DNA of 64,000 bases from an uncultured Bacilli bacterium. GTDB lineage: Bacteria; Bacillota_I; Bacilli_A; RF39; UBA660. Of the stretch, positions 8,483 to 19,151 are shown piece after piece. Position 1 is the first letter of the stretch. Each line of letters begins with the position of its first letter. The translations under genes were made by a program, and so were the position numbers. The DNA is taken from assembly GCA_947626095.1 (NCBI GenBank), contig CANQQV010000004.1:1-64000 (forward strand), in the 5' to 3' direction. The notes under the pieces were generated by a model. That model did no database searches and was not told the DNA's origin. It worked only from the letters and a program-made list of their open reading frames with translations.

Positions 8483-9269
8483 AATATTAATTTATGTTGA
8501 TGATATAAAACACATAGAAGATTATAGAAAAGTAGGGGTCTCTACTTTTCTTTTTGCTTTAGAAGGATATTGTGTTGGTTATAATACTTATTCTTTAGAA
8601 GAAATCGAAAAAATTGATGTTTCAAATAAATATATTATTTTAAATCGTGTTCTAACCTCCAATGATATTGATAACTTAAAACCTTTGTTGCCGCAATTTA
8701 AAACTATCAAAGGAATTGTCTTCGAAGATATTGGTCTTTACCAAGTCTTAAAGAATTTAAACCTTAACTTAGAGTTAATCTTATTCCAAAATCATTTTGC
8801 AACAAATACTAAATCAGTTAATTTTTGGTTAGAAAAAGTTGATAGTTTATTTATTGGTAATGAACTTACTAAAACCGAATTAGAAGTTATTACTAAAGAA
8901 GCTATTAAACCAGTATGTCTTCATTTATATGGTTACAATCAAGTAATGTATTCTAGAAGATTATTACTAAGTAACTGGTCAGATGAATTTAATATTCCTA
9001 AAAAAAATACTAATGTAATTACTGATAAAGCGACTGGTATTAAATTTAGAGCAATAGAAAATGAATATGGTACAGTTATGTATTCCGAAAATATTTTTAA
9101 TGGCCATGATTTATTAGATCTTAATAACGTTAAATACTTTTACGTTAATCCAATACTAATTGATCATAATAAAGTAATGTTCTTCTTACAAACATTTACT
9201 CAAACAACCGGCGAAGATAATGGCTTCTTAAATAAAGAAACAATATATAAATTAAAGGAGCGTAAATAA
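8472..9269 (+). CDS. Peptidase U32 family protein, YrrN/TrhP2-like
   Basis: YGYNQVMYSRRLLLSN, ENEYGT; conserved gene order. Confidence 0.75.
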   Translation: MISKILIYVDDIKHIEDYRKVGVSTFLFALEGYCVGYNTYSLEEIEKIDVSNKYIILNRVLTSNDIDNLKPLLPQFKTIKGIVFEDIGLYQVLKNLNLNLELILFQNHFATNTKSVNFWLEKVDSLFIGNELTKTELEVITKEAIKPVCLHLYGYNQVMYSRRLLLSNWSDEFNIPKKNTNVITDKATGIKFRAIENEYGTVMYSENIFNGHDLLDLNNVKYFYVNPILIDHNKVMFFLQTFTQTTGEDNGFLNKETIYKLKERK

Positions 9270-10471
9270 TGGAAAGAATTGAGTTATTAGCGCCCGCTGG
9301 GGATTTAGAAAGACTTAAAATAGCATGTTTATATGGCGCTGATGCCATATATATTGGCGGCCAAGATTATAGTTTACGTGCTAATGCCTTAAACTTTAGT
9401 CTTGATGATTTAAAAGAAGCTGCTATCTTTGCTCATAACTTAGGTAAAAGAGTCTATGTCACAGTTAATATTGTCTTTCACGATAAAGATTTAAAAGGTT
9501 TAGAAGAATATTTACTTAAATTAGATGAAATAGGTATTGATGCCATTATTGTTTCTGACGTTGTTGTTATGGATTTATGGCGTAAACTAAATTTAAAATT
9601 AGAATTACATATTTCAACTCAAGCTTCGTCTTTAAATTATGAAGCTGTTAACTTTTATAAAAGCTTAGGTGCAACTCGTGTAGTCTTAGCTAGGGAAGCT
9701 TCTAAAGAAGAAATAAAACGTATTAAAGACGAAACCGGTATTGAACTAGAATGCTTTATTCATGGGGCAATGTGTACTAGTATCAGTGGTCGTTGCGTAT
9801 TATCCAACTATGCTACTAATCGTGATAGTAATCGTGGTGGTTGTGCGCAAGTCTGCCGCTTTGTTTTTGATGCCGATAATAGTAACGAAGTCTTTAGTAT
9901 GACGCCTAAAGATTTAAACATGGTTTCTAATATTAAAGAAATGATTAATATTGGTGTCAACTCTTTTAAAGTCGAAGGCCGCATGCGTAGTGTTTACTAT
10001 ATTGCTACAGTTATTGATGTCTATCGTCATTTAATTGATATGGTTGTCAATAATACTATAAATAATGCATATACTAATTATTACCTAAGTATTCTAAATA
10101 GATGTGCCAATCGTGATTCAACAGAGCAATTCTTTAATAAACTACCTGGTAAAGACGAACAATACTTTTTAGGTCGTGATGAAATAAGTAATAAAGATTT
10201 CTTAGGTTTAGTAATAGATTATGATAAGAAAACTAAAATGCTTACTTTAGAGCAAAGAAATTACTTTAAACCAGGTGATATTGTTGAATTTTTCGGTCCT
10301 AATACCGAAGTCTTTACCTTTACAATTCCTCACGAATTATATGATAAAGACGACAATTTAATCGAAGTAGCTAATCATCCCCAAATGGTTGTTAAATTCA
10401 AAATTGATAGGGAATTATTTAAATTCGATATGATGCGAATTAAAGTGTTTGACATTTCTAACTTTTTGTAG
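9269..10471 (+). CDS. trhP1: Peptidase U32 family tRNA hydroxylation protein YrrO/TrhP1
   Basis: ELLAPAG, HGAMCTSISGRC, NRGGCAQVCR, KVEGRMRS. Confidence 0.9.
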   Translation: MERIELLAPAGDLERLKIACLYGADAIYIGGQDYSLRANALNFSLDDLKEAAIFAHNLGKRVYVTVNIVFHDKDLKGLEEYLLKLDEIGIDAIIVSDVVVMDLWRKLNLKLELHISTQASSLNYEAVNFYKSLGATRVVLAREASKEEIKRIKDETGIELECFIHGAMCTSISGRCVLSNYATNRDSNRGGCAQVCRFVFDADNSNEVFSMTPKDLNMVSNIKEMINIGVNSFKVEGRMRSVYYIATVIDVYRHLIDMVVNNTINNAYTNYYLSILNRCANRDSTEQFFNKLPGKDEQYFLGRDEISNKDFLGLVIDYDKKTKMLTLEQRNYFKPGDIVEFFGPNTEVFTFTIPHELYDKDDNLIEVANHPQMVVKFKIDRELFKFDMMRIKVFDISNFL

Positions 10472-10477
10472 TATTCT
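10449..10477 (+). promoter_or_regulatory. Sigma-A promoter for greA overlapping the 3' end of trhP1
   Basis: TTGACA-17 bp-TATTCT. Confidence 0.6.
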
Positions 10478-10509
10478 TAGGAAGATATTTTTGAAGGAGA
10501 TGCTTGAAA

Positions 10510-10980
10510 ATGGCAAAACAAGACGAAATCTTACTAACTGCTAAAGGATATGCAGAATTAGAAGAAGAGTTAAATGATTTAAGAGTAAATAAGAGGGCTG
10601 AAAATGTCTTAGCTATCAAAGAAGCTAGAAGTCATGGTGATCTATCTGAAAATTCCGAATATGATGCTGCTAGAGATGAACAAGCTAAAATTGAAGCAAG
10701 AATTCAAGAGCTAGAATATAAATTAGAACATGCAACAATAATTGATAATAAAGATAAAACTCATGTTAACGTTGGTTCAGTTGTAACTATCGAATATGTT
10801 GACGATGATGAACAAGAAGTATATACAATCGTTGGTTCCCTAGAAGCTGATCCATTTGATAATAAAATCAGTAATGAATCTCCAATTGGTGCTGCTATTA
10901 TCGGTAAAAAAGTTGGCGATGTCATTCCTGTAATCGGTCCAAATGGTTCATACGATGTTAAAATTATAAAGATAGCTTAA
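10510..10980 (+). CDS. greA: Transcription elongation factor GreA
   Basis: HGDLSENSEYDAA, ISNESPIG; RBS AAGGAG favours ATG 10510. Confidence 0.97.
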   Translation: MAKQDEILLTAKGYAELEEELNDLRVNKRAENVLAIKEARSHGDLSENSEYDAARDEQAKIEARIQELEYKLEHATIIDNKDKTHVNVGSVVTIEYVDDDEQEVYTIVGSLEADPFDNKISNESPIGAAIIGKKVGDVIPVIGPNGSYDVKIIKIA

Positions 10981-11050
10981 TTGCTATCCCTTTTTATTGT
11001 AAATATCCTTATTTTAAGATATAATATGGAAGTCAAAGGAGAAATGTGAT

Positions 11051-12301
11051 ATGAAAAACGTACATGATATTGAAATCGAAGTCAAGGGTAGTGACTGGGA
11101 AAAAATCCTTGATGCTGCATTTACTAAAAGAAACAAAGATTTAAAAGTTGATGGTTTTAGAAAAGGTAAATGTCCTAAAAATATTTATTTACAAAGATTT
11201 GGTATTGAATCACTATATATGGATGCTGTTGATGTAGCTGCTAATGATGCCTATACTAAAGCTATTCGTGATAATGAACTAATCCCTGTTTGTGAACCAA
11301 AAATGGATGTTACTGAAATCGATAAAGAACATGTTAAATTTAAATTTACGATTATAACTCGTCCAGAAGTTAAATTAGGTAAATACAAAGATTTAGGTGT
11401 TAAGAAAGATGAAGCAAAAGTAACTAAAAAAGAAATCGATGAAGAAGTTGCTAGACTAGCTTCAAGACTTGCTGAAATCGTTGTTAAAGAAAATGGTACA
11501 GTTGTTGAAGGAAATACAGCTGTTATCGATTTTGAAGGCTTTGTCGATGGTAAACCTCTCGAAGGTGGTAATGGTGCTAACTATCCATTAGAAATTGGCT
11601 CTCATACTTTCATCCCTGGTTTTGAAGAAGGAATCGTTGGTATGGCAGTTGGCGAAACTAAAGAATTAAATCTTAAATTCCCAGAAAACTATACTAAAGA
11701 ATTAGCTAATAAAGAAGTTAAATTTAATGTTACTGTAAGAGAGATTAAGGAAAGAGTTCTACCAGAATTAAACGAAGATTTCTATGCTGATTTAGGTTAT
11801 GAAAATATTAAAACTGAAGAAGAATTTAGAAAAGAAGTTAAAGAAGCTTTATTAGAACGTAAAAATGAAGAAATTAAAAATAAATACTTAGATGACGTTT
11901 TAGAAGCCGCTTCTAAAAATATGGAAATTGACATTAATCCTGAAATAGTTGATGATGAAGTTCATCGTATGTTAAATCAATTCAGCGAACAATTAAGAAT
12001 GCAAGGTATCAGTTTAGATCAATACTTACAATTTACTGGTGCTAAAGAAGAAGAACTTCATAAACAAATGGAACCAGAAGCTGAAAAACGTGTTAAATAT
12101 CGTTACCTAATTGAAGAAGTAGCTGATAAAGAAAAGATTGAAATCAATGATGCTGATGCTGATGCTGAAGCTGAAAAGATGGCAACTGAATATGGCGTTG
12201 ATAAAGCTGAATTCTTAGCTCATTTTGGTGGCTTAGATGTTGTTAAATATGATATGAGAATGCGTAGAGCATTAGAAATCCTTGGTGGTGAAGAAAAGTA
12301 A
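11051..12301 (+). CDS. tig: Trigger factor
   Basis: DGFRKGKCP ribosome-binding loop; FKBP domain IDFEG, FIPGFEE. Confidence 0.97.
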   Translation: MKNVHDIEIEVKGSDWEKILDAAFTKRNKDLKVDGFRKGKCPKNIYLQRFGIESLYMDAVDVAANDAYTKAIRDNELIPVCEPKMDVTEIDKEHVKFKFTIITRPEVKLGKYKDLGVKKDEAKVTKKEIDEEVARLASRLAEIVVKENGTVVEGNTAVIDFEGFVDGKPLEGGNGANYPLEIGSHTFIPGFEEGIVGMAVGETKELNLKFPENYTKELANKEVKFNVTVREIKERVLPELNEDFYADLGYENIKTEEEFRKEVKEALLERKNEEIKNKYLDDVLEAASKNMEIDINPEIVDDEVHRMLNQFSEQLRMQGISLDQYLQFTGAKEEELHKQMEPEAEKRVKYRYLIEEVADKEKIEINDADADAEAEKMATEYGVDKAEFLAHFGGLDVVKYDMRMRRALEILGGEEK

Positions 12302-12378
12302 TTTAATTACTTTTTTTCTTTTGTCATTATTTTAAAGATATATGATATAATAAAATTACTAATACTAAAGGTGATAAT

Positions 12379-13356
12379 ATGAAAAAAATAAAAAAAGAAA
12401 AAAATGAAGAAACAACTAATCGAACATATCTCTTTTTCCGTGCTTTCTTCACTAATCTAAAAGAAAATAAATTATACTTTTTATCATTAGTTGTAACAAT
12501 TTTTACAATTGTCATGTTTTCTGTAACTAAAGTTCAAGAAGCGGAAGGTTTATATAATAACGAAAATAAAACTAGTCCTAATACTCCAGCTACACCAGTT
12601 GTTGATACTAACCCTAGTAAAACCGAGAAGACTCCAATTGATGAAGAAGTAGATGTTAGTGATTACATAGGTATTTATAGTCGTGAAGTTAAATTATCAA
12701 CCGCTTTATCACTATCTGATACCTGTCAAATTGAAAGTTACAAACTAGTTTATCAAGTTAAAAAAGATAAAACTATTACTAAATATTTAGTTAATGATTG
12801 CTTAGGAACAATTAAGATGTGGAGTAGTAAAGCCGGTTATGTTACTAGTGGTGGCGCCAAATACATAAGTGCTAACAAAATCAATTATTTATTCTCCCCA
12901 ACTAGTATGAAAGAAGTAGATGGTGAGACTTACTCAAGTGATAGTACCATTACAACCATTAAAGAGAAGAAAAACTCAAGCGACATTACCACTTATTTTT
13001 ATAACGATAACATTGTAATTCAAAGTAAAACAAACTTAGCTTTAATTAAAGGCAATACTATAAACTTTAACCTTAATGATACATATCCTAATAATGGTGG
13101 AAACTTAGAAAAACGTGTTTATAAAGCTGGTGCTACTAATCAATTTAATTTTATTGTCTTTAATAATAATGACCAAGAAAATAATTGTTATACTGAATAC
13201 ACTGAAAGTGAAGAAGATAGCTTAGTTTATACAATTTATAGTATCAAATACAATACTACTTCTAATGCTTTTGCTGAAGCAAACAAAATAGTATCACGCA
13301 ATAAGAGTGATAAATGTGCAAATTATGAAGATGATCTTAAACTTTTAGAAGAATAA
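12379..13356 (+). CDS. Hypothetical membrane-anchored extracellular protein
   Basis: Single N-terminal TM segment, P/T-rich linker, Cys-containing polar domain. Confidence 0.75.
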   Translation: MKKIKKEKNEETTNRTYLFFRAFFTNLKENKLYFLSLVVTIFTIVMFSVTKVQEAEGLYNNENKTSPNTPATPVVDTNPSKTEKTPIDEEVDVSDYIGIYSREVKLSTALSLSDTCQIESYKLVYQVKKDKTITKYLVNDCLGTIKMWSSKAGYVTSGGAKYISANKINYLFSPTSMKEVDGETYSSDSTITTIKEKKNSSDITTYFYNDNIVIQSKTNLALIKGNTINFNLNDTYPNNGGNLEKRVYKAGATNQFNFIVFNNNDQENNCYTEYTESEEDSLVYTIYSIKYNTTSNAFAEANKIVSRNKSDKCANYEDDLKLLEE

Positions 13357-13533
13357 AAAAGTTAAAAGTTATAAAAAGAGTAATTGAATTAATTAATAGT
13401 TATAAGAAGAAATTTATTTAAGAGCAAAAATAATTTTTTTGCTTTTTTTTCTGTAAAAAATTGTAAAAATCATAGACAAAAAAAATCGAAAAAATTATAA
13501 TAGATTTTAATGTTAATCTGAAGGAGGCGGAAC

Positions 13534-15855
13534 ATGAAAAACAATTTACCAGTAATGCTTCTAAAGAGGATTGTTCTTCTGCCTTTTCAAGATGTTAGAC
13601 TTGATTTAAGTAATGATATAAGTAGTAGAGTAATCAACCTTGCGATGAATAAACATAACGGTGAAATCCTTATCGTCTGCCCAACCGATCCCTATGAAGA
13701 ATCACCAGATGTAAGTGACTTACCAGCTGTTGGTATCGTTGGTAAAATCAAAAGTAAGATTGAATTACAAACTGGTAATTTACGTATCGTTGTTAGTGGT
13801 GTTAAACGTGTTAAAATTCTTGAATACATCAATGAAATAGCTGATGGTGATATCTTAAAAGCTCATACGATGGACATCGAAATTCCAAACTATGACGAGG
13901 TAGAACTAACTACATTAAGAAGAAAAATTTTTGAATTATTAAACGACTATATTGAATGTTCTTCCAAAATAAGTAATAGTGTTCTATCTAGTATTAACGA
14001 CTTAACTGATTTAAATAAAATAACTGATATTATTGTTTCCTTCATGCCTTTTACGATTGAAAAGAAACTTTTATACATGCAAGAAGTAGATCCATATCAT
14101 CGTGCTAATGCTTTAGTTTATGATTTATCAATCGAACTTCAAGTTGCGCAATTAGACTCTAAATTAGATGATGTTTTACGTGAAGATTTTGAACAAACGC
14201 AAAAAGAAATAGTTCTCCGCGAAAAGATGGAAGCCATCAAAAAAGAACTAGGGGAGACTGACTTAAAAGATGAAATAATTGGTGACTATCTAGAACGTAT
14301 TAATAATTTAAAATGTGATGGTAAACTAAAAAACAAATTAGTAAACGAAGTTAAAAAATTAGATTATACTAACGAAATGAGTCCTGAAGTAAGTATTATT
14401 AGAAACTACTTAGACTTAGTTTTAGATTTACCTTATGGTATTACATCTGAAGATGAAACTGATTTAGAAAAAATAAAAAAAGATCTTGATAAAACGCATT
14501 TTGGTTTAGGAAAAGTTAAAGATCGTATTATCGAATATATTGCTGTTAAAACCCGCAATAAAAACTTAAGAAGTCCAATTCTTTGTTTAGTTGGTCCGCC
14601 AGGTGTAGGTAAAACATCACTTGCTATGGGTATTGCTAATAGTTTAAAAAAAGAATTCTATAAAATAAGTGTTGGTGGTCTTAATGATAGTGCTGAACTA
14701 AATGGTCATCGTCGTACTTATATCGGTTCATCACCAGGTAAGATAATTCAAGCCTTAAAAAAATGTGGTACTGCTAATCCCTTAATCTTAATCGATGAAA
14801 TTGATAAAATGGTTAAAGACTATAAAGGTGATCCTGCATCTGTTTTACTTGATATTCTAGATCCAGAACAAAATAATAATTTTGTTGATAATTATGTTGA
14901 AGAAGCTTTCGATTTATCAGAAGTTATGTTTATATTAACCGCTAATTATGAAGAAGATATTCCTGAAGCCTTACATGATCGCTTAGAAGTAATTGAATTA
15001 TCAAGTTATACTGAATTTGAAAAATTAGATATCGCTAAGAATTATTTAATTCCTAATATCTTTAAAGAACATTTAGTATGTAGTAAAGAAATTCGATTTA
15101 CTAACGATATAATTATGGAAATAATCAATCGTTACACTAAAGAAGCTGGTGTACGTGATTTACAACGAAACTTAAGTACTATTGTTAGAAAAGTAGTAAC
15201 TAAATCCGTAAAAGAACTTAATAGTCCAATTAAAGTAACGATTAAAAAGAGTGATTTAAATACCTATCTTGGGCCATATAAATACGATATTAAAAATGAA
15301 GCTATTACAAATCACGTCGGTTTAGTTAATGCCTTAGCATATACCCCAATGGGTGGTATGGTAATGCCAGTTGAAACAACTATTTATGATGGTAAAGGTG
15401 AATTTAAAGTAACTGGTATGATTGGTCAATCAATGGACGAATCCGTAAATGTCGCTATTAGTTATGTTAAAGCTCATTCCAGTGCTTTTAATATCAATGA
15501 TAAAGCTTTTAAAAACAAAGACATTCATATTCACTTCTTAGAAGGTGCTATTAAAAAAGATGGTCCATCAGCTGGTGTTTCGATTGCTACTTCCTTAATA
15601 AGTTTATTAACTAATATTGAAGTTCCCAAAGAAATTGCTATGACGGGTGAAATATCCTTAAAAGGTGACATTCTAAAAGTCGGTGGTTTAAAAGAAAAAG
15701 TAATTGGTGCTTATAACGACGGAGTTAAAAAGATATTTGTTCCATATACCAATTCTTGTGATTTATCTGAAATACCAAGTGCCATTAAAGATAAAGTAAA
15801 AATTATTTTAGTTAAAAATTATCAAGAGATATTTAATGCTATTTTTAGTAATTAA
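13534..15855 (+). CDS. lon: ATP-dependent Lon protease
   Basis: GPPGVGKT, GHRRTYIG, LIDEIDK, KDGPSAG, VGGLKEK. Confidence 0.97.
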   Translation: MKNNLPVMLLKRIVLLPFQDVRLDLSNDISSRVINLAMNKHNGEILIVCPTDPYEESPDVSDLPAVGIVGKIKSKIELQTGNLRIVVSGVKRVKILEYINEIADGDILKAHTMDIEIPNYDEVELTTLRRKIFELLNDYIECSSKISNSVLSSINDLTDLNKITDIIVSFMPFTIEKKLLYMQEVDPYHRANALVYDLSIELQVAQLDSKLDDVLREDFEQTQKEIVLREKMEAIKKELGETDLKDEIIGDYLERINNLKCDGKLKNKLVNEVKKLDYTNEMSPEVSIIRNYLDLVLDLPYGITSEDETDLEKIKKDLDKTHFGLGKVKDRIIEYIAVKTRNKNLRSPILCLVGPPGVGKTSLAMGIANSLKKEFYKISVGGLNDSAELNGHRRTYIGSSPGKIIQALKKCGTANPLILIDEIDKMVKDYKGDPASVLLDILDPEQNNNFVDNYVEEAFDLSEVMFILTANYEEDIPEALHDRLEVIELSSYTEFEKLDIAKNYLIPNIFKEHLVCSKEIRFTNDIIMEIINRYTKEAGVRDLQRNLSTIVRKVVTKSVKELNSPIKVTIKKSDLNTYLGPYKYDIKNEAITNHVGLVNALAYTPMGGMVMPVETTIYDGKGEFKVTGMIGQSMDESVNVAISYVKAHSSAFNINDKAFKNKDIHIHFLEGAIKKDGPSAGVSIATSLISLLTNIEVPKEIAMTGEISLKGDILKVGGLKEKVIGAYNDGVKKIFVPYTNSCDLSEIPSAIKDKVKIILVKNYQEIFNAIFSN

Positions 15856-15895
15856 ATATCTCTTTTTTTCATAATATAAACTAGGAGGAACGTAT

Positions 15896-16621
15896 ATGAA
15901 ACAAGTTATACCTTTTAGTAAAGAAATAGTATTTAAACATAATATTGCCAGTATTACTAGTATTTCTCTAGAACATGAGGAAAAAGTATATGATGGTGAA
16001 GTATCTGGTGATTTTATCATCTTTGGTGATTATAAAAGACATAACGATACTACCGAAAAAGAACTTTTTAAATATCGTTTACCATTTACCGCTATCTTAC
16101 CAGAAAATGTCATTATAAATACCGTTAAAGTTGATATTGAAGATTTTACATATGACCAAATTGAAGATGATGTTATTAGAGTTAATGTTGATTTTAGTCT
16201 TAGCTATGAAGAAGAGGAAATCATCGCTAAAGACGAAAAATTAGCAGAACCAAAAGAAGAAGCAGAGGAGCGAAGTGAAATCGCCTCAATCGATGAAGAT
16301 ACCATCGCTGAAATTGAAACCTTTTTAAAAGATAAAGAAGAAAAACAAAATCCGTCTGAAGATATCATAAATCCAGATTTAATCGCCGACGAAAATGAAA
16401 AAGTCATAAGTGAAACTAAAGAGAGCGAAGAAATAAAAGAAGTTAAAGCAGATAACGATGAATACGTAATTTATCATATTCATATCGTTAAAGAAAGTGA
16501 AACAATTGAACAGATAGTAAGTCTATATGATACTAATCTTGAAACCGTTAAAAAATATAATGAAATTGATAAAATTAAAGCTGGTGATAAAATAATTATT
16601 CCTGAATATATCGATGAGTAG
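15896..16621 (+). CDS. spoVID: SpoVID-like spore coat morphogenetic protein (N-terminal domain, acidic linker, C-terminal LysM)
   Basis: C-terminal LysM HIVKESETIEQIVSLY...IKAGDKIIIP; E-rich linker; followed by a ysxE-like gene. Confidence 0.7.
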   Translation: MKQVIPFSKEIVFKHNIASITSISLEHEEKVYDGEVSGDFIIFGDYKRHNDTTEKELFKYRLPFTAILPENVIINTVKVDIEDFTYDQIEDDVIRVNVDFSLSYEEEEIIAKDEKLAEPKEEAEERSEIASIDEDTIAEIETFLKDKEEKQNPSEDIINPDLIADENEKVISETKESEEIKEVKADNDEYVIYHIHIVKESETIEQIVSLYDTNLETVKKYNEIDKIKAGDKIIIPEYIDE

Positions 16622-17489
16622 AAGTTTAGAAGTCTTTAATGAAATATATAAGCCATATAAAATAACTCGTAAAAATAATGCTTATATTTTAAATACGATG
16701 GATGGTGATTATGTCGTTAAAGAAAATCCTCATATCAATTATCAAGAACTATATAAATACTTAAAAAGTCGTAATTTTAATTATCTTCCTATAATGTCTA
16801 TAGATAGTCGTGATGATTTATTAGTCTTAGAATATCAAGAAGATATAAGTATTGATCAAGAACAAAAAGCTTTAGATTTAATTAGTGTTGTGGCTTTACT
16901 CCATAATAAAACTAGTTATTTTAAAAGTATAACTAACGATAAATATAAAGAAATATATGAAAACATTAACAATAATATTTTATCTCTTACAAATAAGTAC
17001 GAAGACTACTTTGCCAAATTTTTAACTGAAGAATACTTAGTTCCTAGTCATTATCTTTTCTTAAGAAACTATTCTTTAATATTCAAAGCTAATCAATATG
17101 CTAAAGATAAACTAGACGAATGGTATAGTATGATTAAAGATAAAAATAAAGAACGTGTTGCTTTAATTCATAACAATTTAAGACTAGATCATTTTCTAAA
17201 AAATAGTGAAGAGTATTTAATTAGTTGGGATAATTATACTATTGATACGCCAATCTTAGATTTATATCATTTCTATCAAAATGAATGGATGAACATTTCA
17301 TTTAATGAAGTTTTTAGCTTATATAATGAGTCATTTACTTTACACCCAGAAGAAAAAGCTCTCTTAGACATTTTAATAAGTCTTCCCCTTAATATCGATT
17401 TTAAAGCTACCGAAATGGAAAACTGCCAAAAAGTTCGTGAATTAATCAATTATTTAAATAGTTCATCTAAGATTGTTTTTAATAATTAA
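16614..17489 (+). CDS. ysxE: YsxE/CotS-family spore coat kinase-like protein
   Basis: LLHNKT, ALIHNNLRLDHF, LISWD, ILDL; translationally coupled to the spoVID-like gene. Confidence 0.72.
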   Translation: MSRSLEVFNEIYKPYKITRKNNAYILNTMDGDYVVKENPHINYQELYKYLKSRNFNYLPIMSIDSRDDLLVLEYQEDISIDQEQKALDLISVVALLHNKTSYFKSITNDKYKEIYENINNNILSLTNKYEDYFAKFLTEEYLVPSHYLFLRNYSLIFKANQYAKDKLDEWYSMIKDKNKERVALIHNNLRLDHFLKNSEEYLISWDNYTIDTPILDLYHFYQNEWMNISFNEVFSLYNESFTLHPEEKALLDILISLPLNIDFKATEMENCQKVRELINYLNSSSKIVFNN

Positions 17490-17668
17490 AACGGCCATAG
17501 TAAACGGAATAATAAGAAAAATAAAATAAATGTTTCAATTAACAAAATAATTATATTAAAACGTAAAGGTAAAACTAAAGTAATGATAATTTGATAAAAG
17601 ATTAAAATACTTAAACAAAAGATAAATATTAAAGTTAAAAAAGAATTTCTTGGACGTCCTGGACGCAT
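17486..17668 (-). CDS. Small 60-aa two-TM membrane protein
   Basis: RBS AGGGTGA then ATG 17668; MRPGRPRNSFLTLIFIFCLSILIF...LLWPF. Confidence 0.6.
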   Translation of the reverse strand: MRPGRPRNSFLTLIFIFCLSILIFYQIIITLVLPLRFNIIILLIETFILFFLLFRLLWPF

Positions 17669-17755
17669 ATTTATCACCCTAATATAAAATATGATAAAGA
17701 AACTTTATTTGTTTCTTTTTTTATGTTAAAATTAATCTAGATAGTAGGTGATATA

Positions 17756-18670
17756 ATGAACAGAAAATATTACTTAATCTTAATCTTAGTTTTAAGTGTC
17801 TCTGTTTTATTATTAGGACTTTCTTATTCCAAAGATTCAAGTATTAATAAATATACTGACGAATTTACGACATATGATCATAATTTAAAGATTGTAACAT
17901 CTGATAAAATTAAAGAAACAACCTTAACTGATTCTTTAATACGAGATATCAGTGTTATTAACAAAGGTCCATACAAGACTAATTTTGCTATTGAAGTAAT
18001 AACTGACTCTTTAGAAGATTTATCTTATACGATTAATGATGGTCAAAAAAATGAATTAAATGACAAAATAATATATACTCAAGAATTAGATACTTTAGGT
18101 AGTAATAATGATTTAGCTACTCTTCGTGTAACTATCTATAACGAGAATAACAAAGAACGTAAAATTACTTTACGTATCCATGAACAAGTTAATTTATTAA
18201 AAGATAAAATAATAACTTCACCAGATGTTTATCATCAAACTGAAGTTGATAATTACATTTATTATGGCGAAAATGCAAACAATTACGCTAACTACAACGG
18301 TCTTACTTATCGTATAGTTGGCTTAGTTAATAATAATATATATCTTATATCTGAAAGTCAGACTAAAACAACTTATAATCCAACCGACGATAATTATTTG
18401 CCAATTGATCTTTACATAGCAACATTTAATAATTCATCAGTAACCATTAATAATTCATCACAATATAAAACTTGGTTAAATGATTCTTTCTGGTTATTAA
18501 ATACCTATGGTCAAAATATGGCCTATTACGTTGATAATGGTAAAGTTATCTTAAAAAATAAAAATACTAATTTATTTGCTAAAAAAATAATAAAAATATA
18601 TATTGATACGGAGATTATCTTGGGGGACGGTAGTAAGAATAATCCTTATGAGGTAGTATATGACGGTTAA
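17756..18670 (+). CDS. Membrane-anchored surface protein (DUF6273-like C-terminal domain)
   Basis: Signal/TM segment; YIYYGENANNY..YRIVG, FWLLN, GDGSKNNPY; paralog of 21899-22897. Confidence 0.65.
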   Translation: MNRKYYLILILVLSVSVLLLGLSYSKDSSINKYTDEFTTYDHNLKIVTSDKIKETTLTDSLIRDISVINKGPYKTNFAIEVITDSLEDLSYTINDGQKNELNDKIIYTQELDTLGSNNDLATLRVTIYNENNKERKITLRIHEQVNLLKDKIITSPDVYHQTEVDNYIYYGENANNYANYNGLTYRIVGLVNNNIYLISESQTKTTYNPTDDNYLPIDLYIATFNNSSVTINNSSQYKTWLNDSFWLLNTYGQNMAYYVDNGKVILKNKNTNLFAKKIIKIYIDTEIILGDGSKNNPYEVVYDG

Positions 18671-19151
18671 TAAAGTATTAAAAAAACAAATTGTAATTGA
18701 AATAATTGCTTTACTTTTTCTTGTAGGATCTATCTGTTATGCTTTTTTTGCTATTAATAGAGGTCAAGCTACTAAAGTCATTGAGTATCAAGGCTTTGTT
18801 TCTGTCTTAGATGATACTAAACAAACACCATTTAAACATTTAAGTAATGGCGAAGGCCTAAGTCAAGAAGGTATAACCTATACTGTAACTAACAATAATA
18901 AAGAAACAACAATGTATAAAGTAATCATAAGTCCTAATCTTCTTGATGAGGCAATTCTTTCCAAAGTTCGCATCGGTGTTGATGATTTATACGTTTATGA
19001 ATTAGAAGATTTAACCAAATATGGTAATGGTTATGTTTTAATCACTAATGAATTAGAAGCTGGTTATACCAAAATTCATAATATTAAAATATGGTATAGT
19101 GATGAAGTTGAAGAAAATAACTTAAAATTCACTTATAACCTAATTAGATAA
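18660..19151 (+). CDS. Hypothetical membrane-anchored protein
   Basis: N-terminal TM ending CYAFF; YTVTN, IKIWY; overlaps the upstream gene. Confidence 0.7.
   Translation: MTVNKVLKKQIVIEIIALLFLVGSICYAFFAINRGQATKVIEYQGFVSVLDDTKQTPFKHLSNGEGLSQEGITYTVTNNNKETTMYKVIISPNLLDEAILSKVRIGVDDLYVYELEDLTKYGNGYVLITNELEAGYTKIHNIKIWYSDEVEENNLKFTYNLIR

Noticed and set aside
12148-12175. GATGCT micro-repeat in tig
   Set aside because: It is a coding DADADAE low-complexity stretch with no sign of phase variation.
13357-13533. Very AT-rich intergenic region before lon as an origin or ncRNA
   Set aside because: Only a terminator-like hairpin and promoter-like elements are visible; no DnaA boxes or recognisable RNA motif.
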